Below are positions 29,724-32,000 of a stretch of 32,000 bases of DNA, piece after piece; position 1 is the first letter of the stretch, and each line of letters begins with the position of its first letter. Both the position numbers and the translations under genes were made by a program. The stretch lies in NCBI GenBank assembly GCA_028279805.1, contig JANQMZ010000007.1, forward strand, positions 600,001 to 632,000. Reading direction: 5' to 3'. The DNA is from an archaeon. GTDB lineage: Archaea > Iainarchaeota > Iainarchaeia > Iainarchaeales > JANQMZ01. Below the pieces are notes generated by a model. It saw nothing but the letters and a program-made list of their open reading frames with translations, had not been told where the DNA came from and ran no database searches.

Positions 29724-30379
29724 ATATTGATTCAGGGACAATTAAATCAAGTCCGTTTGTAGGTGTATTAGGATTAGTGACAAATGATTTTGGTTTTTTT
29801 CCAAAAACATCGTTAAAAAAAGAAACAAAAGGTTTGGAGGATTTTTTTAAAATTAAAATAATTACAGGTTCATTGGCTCAAAGTTCTTTAATAGGGGTTT
29901 TGGCGGTCGGATTAAATTTTAAAATAGCAGTATCGGATTTGGTTCAGGAAAGTGAAAAAAAAATGATGGAAAAAAACGGTTTGGAAGTTTTTCAGGTTGA
30001 AAAAGTTTCTGCTTTGGGAAATCTTTTGGCTTTAAATCAGAACGGAGGAATTGCATCCGAATTAATTTCAAAAGAAACCGTTAAGGAACTGGAAAACTTT
30101 TTTAATATTAAAATTTTAAGAAAAAATATTGCTCAGAATGAATTGAACGGCTCTTCAATTGTTTCAACTTCAAAAGGTTTTGTTGTTAATCCTCTTGCAT
30201 CAGAAAAAGAGTTAAAATTATTAAAAAAAACATTTAAAGTTGAAGGGAATACAGCGACATCAAATTATGGTGACAAATTTGTTTCCAATGGGGTGTTAGC
30301 AAACAAAAATGCAGCACTTATCGGCTCTTTAACTTCAAACATTGAGCTTGGAAAAATTGATGAAGGTTTAAGCGGGTGA
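29720..30379 (+). CDS. eif6: Translation initiation factor 6 (aIF6)
   Basis: 219 aa. ATGA overlap with rpl31e. Repeated G-x-L-x-x-x-N pentein-like segments (GVLGLVTN, GVLAVGLN, GNLLALNQNG, GSSIVSTSKG, GVLANKNA). Conserved cluster position. Confidence 0.85.
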   Translation: MNIDSGTIKSSPFVGVLGLVTNDFGFFPKTSLKKETKGLEDFFKIKIITGSLAQSSLIGVLAVGLNFKIAVSDLVQESEKKMMEKNGLEVFQVEKVSALGNLLALNQNGGIASELISKETVKELENFFNIKILRKNIAQNELNGSSIVSTSKGFVVNPLASEKELKLLKKTFKVEGNTATSNYGDKFVSNGVLANKNAALIGSLTSNIELGKIDEGLSG

Positions 30380-30690
30380 AAATTTTGAAAAAAAAATTGT
30401 TTGAAATAACCGGAAAATATAATCAGAAAAATACACAGTTTCCTTTTACCAGAACCGTTGAAGCTTTTAATGAAAAACATGCAATTGAAACAGTGTTAAG
30501 CTTGTTTGGCTCAGAGCATAAAACCAAAAGAAGAAATATTGAAATAAATGAAGTGAAACCAGCTTCATCAGAATCCAAAAATGAAAAACCTATAACGGAA
30601 AAAATTGAAGAAAAAATACAAAAACCGGTAAAAACTCAAAAAAAAGACGAAAAAGAGGAGAAAAAAGCTGAAAAAGAAAGTAAGGAATAA
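30376..30690 (+). CDS. rplX: 50S ribosomal protein LX (L18Ae/L20A family) with K/E-rich tail
   Basis: GTGA overlap with eif6. LFEITGKY...FTRTVEAFNEKHAIETVLSLFGSEHKTKRRNIEINEVK. Conserved position before prefoldin alpha. Confidence 0.75.
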   Translation: MKILKKKLFEITGKYNQKNTQFPFTRTVEAFNEKHAIETVLSLFGSEHKTKRRNIEINEVKPASSESKNEKPITEKIEEKIQKPVKTQKKDEKEEKKAEKESKE

Positions 30691-30728
30691 ATACTTTTTT
30701 TTGTTTAAAATTTTGAAGGTGTTTTTTT

Positions 30729-31193
30729 ATGGCGGAAGAAGTTGAAAAAATTTCCCCTGAACAGTTGGGGCCATTGTATCAGAGGCAGAGAGAATTGCTT
30801 GAACAGTCAAGAGCCCAAAAACAGTCTCTTCAGGATGTTTTAATTGAATTTAATTCTGCGATTGATGCTTTGAATGAGTTAAAAAAAGCAGGAAAAAATG
30901 ATAAAATAATGTTAAGCCTGGGAGGCGGAGTTTATATTGAGGCAGTTGTTTCTGATGTTCAGAAAGTAAAAGGCAATATTGGCGGCGGTGTAATTCAAAG
31001 CATTTCCGTTGACAAAGTTTTGCTTGAACTGGAGAAAAGAAAAAATGAAACAATTAAAAGCCTTGAACTTAATGCCAAAGATGAAGCAAAACTTTTGGAA
31101 AGCATTGCGTCAATTGAACTTGCTTTGAATGCATTGCAGAGAGCAAATGCTCAAAAGCAGGGAAATGAAACTGGAACTCCAACTGTTTCTTAA
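30729..31193 (+). CDS. pfdA: Prefoldin alpha subunit
   Basis: 154 aa. Coiled coil, then beta hairpins (IMLSLGGGVYIEAVV...), then coiled coil. Conserved position before ftsY. Confidence 0.8.
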   Translation: MAEEVEKISPEQLGPLYQRQRELLEQSRAQKQSLQDVLIEFNSAIDALNELKKAGKNDKIMLSLGGGVYIEAVVSDVQKVKGNIGGGVIQSISVDKVLLELEKRKNETIKSLELNAKDEAKLLESIASIELALNALQRANAQKQGNETGTPTVS

Positions 31194-31205
31194 GCGCTGA
31201 TTTAA

Positions 31206-32000
31206 ATGTTTGACTTGTTAAAAAACAAGCTGTCTTCTTTTGGTAAAAAAATAATAAAATCAACTGAAGAAAATGAGAAAAGAACTTTATCCCCCGATAT
31301 TTCAGTTTCTTCAAAAGCAAAATCTTTAATTACCGGTGAAATTGAAATAAAGGAAAAAGATATTGAAGATTTGCTGTTTGAATTTGAATTGTTGTTACTG
31401 GAGGCAGACGTTAATGAGGAAACAACAAAAAAACTTGTTCAAAAAATTTCAGAAAAAATTGTGGGAAAAAAATTTGCAAGAAAAAATTTAAAAGAAACTA
31501 TTAATAAAGAAATCAAATCCGCGTTAAAAGAATTAATTCAGCTTGAACCAATCAACTTGTTAAAAGAAATTAATTCAAAAAAAGAAAAACCCTTCAAAAT
31601 ACTCTTTTTAGGGCCAAATGGTGCAGGAAAAACAACAAGCATTGCAAAGCTTGCGAATCATTTGCAGAAACAAAAACTCAAAATAATTTTATCAGCTTCA
31701 GATACATTCAGGGCAGCGTCAATTGAACAGCTTGAAAAACATTCTCAAAATTTAAATTTAAGATTGATAAAACACAAATACGGTTCTGATCCGAGTGCTG
31801 TTGCTTTTGACGCAATTGAATCAGCAAAAGCTTCAAAAACGGATATTGTTCTGATTGATTCTGCGGGGAGGCAGGAAACCAACAAAAATTTAATGGAAGA
31901 ATTAAAAAAAATGCACCGCGTAATAAAACCTGATTTGACCTTATTTGTCGGTGAATCCCTTTCAGGAAAAACTTTGCTGGAACAGGCAAAACAGTTTAAT
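31206..32000 (+). CDS. ftsY: Signal recognition particle receptor FtsY (N-terminal 265 codons, runs off the right edge)
   Basis: Not in the ORF track because it is open at the edge. ATG 31206 gives MFDLLKNKLSSFGKK... G1 FLGPNGAGKTTSIAKLA. DTFRAASIEQL. G3 LIDSAGR. Confidence 0.9.
   Translation, partial: MFDLLKNKLSSFGKKIIKSTEENEKRTLSPDISVSSKAKSLITGEIEIKEKDIEDLLFEFELLLLEADVNEETTKKLVQKISEKIVGKKFARKNLKETINKEIKSALKELIQLEPINLLKEINSKKEKPFKILFLGPNGAGKTTSIAKLANHLQKQKLKIILSASDTFRAASIEQLEKHSQNLNLRLIKHKYGSDPSAVAFDAIESAKASKTDIVLIDSAGRQETNKNLMEELKKMHRVIKPDLTLFVGESLSGKTLLEQAKQFN

Noticed and set aside
1-32000. CRISPR array, rRNA genes, IS elements or transposase
   Set aside because: No regularly spaced identical repeats with unique spacers, no rRNA-like conserved stretches and no transposase-like ORF were seen. 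The repeats found are irregularly spaced intergenic motifs.

Overview
This is an AT-rich archaeal chromosome segment. The archaeal assignment rests on RadA, RPA, TFE-alpha, aTrm56, GGGP synthase, archaeal-type TIM, an archaeal SRP RNA, an initiator tRNA with A1:U72, and the conserved cluster S19e / PDCD5-like / L39e / L31e / aIF6 / LX / prefoldin-alpha / FtsY. A small-genome, DPANN-like uncultivated lineage is only a guess. All functions come from reading the translations and recalling family motifs; no searches were run. About 45 protein genes, 4 tRNAs and 1 SRP RNA can be supported. Two genes absent from the ORF track were recovered because they are open at the window edges: dtdA at the left and ftsY at the right. 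The main candidate for a new system is a minus-strand operon at 21766..27437. It carries four copies of a ~375-400 aa module that I cannot place in any named family: two single-module genes and one double-module fusion, interrupted by an extended-SDR epimerase. The copies show recent duplication or gene-conversion tracts and a duplicated promoter-like flank. Other items worth follow-up are: a 160-aa protamine-like protein of ~12 AAPKRRRRK repeats; a full-length bacterial-type Rel (RSH) with a possible HPF/RaiA-like gene nearby; a GC-rich three-hairpin 5' leader; a 16-19 bp intergenic motif (CACAAA-N4-TGGACA) in five copies; ~25 bp direct repeats bracketing a XerA-like recombinase segment; a phased ATTAC/GTAAT array; a 48-aa basic micro-ORF; an in-frame TGA between two accessory ORFs; and K/E/P-rich tails on ribosomal proteins. 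No CRISPR array, rRNA or clear transposon was seen.
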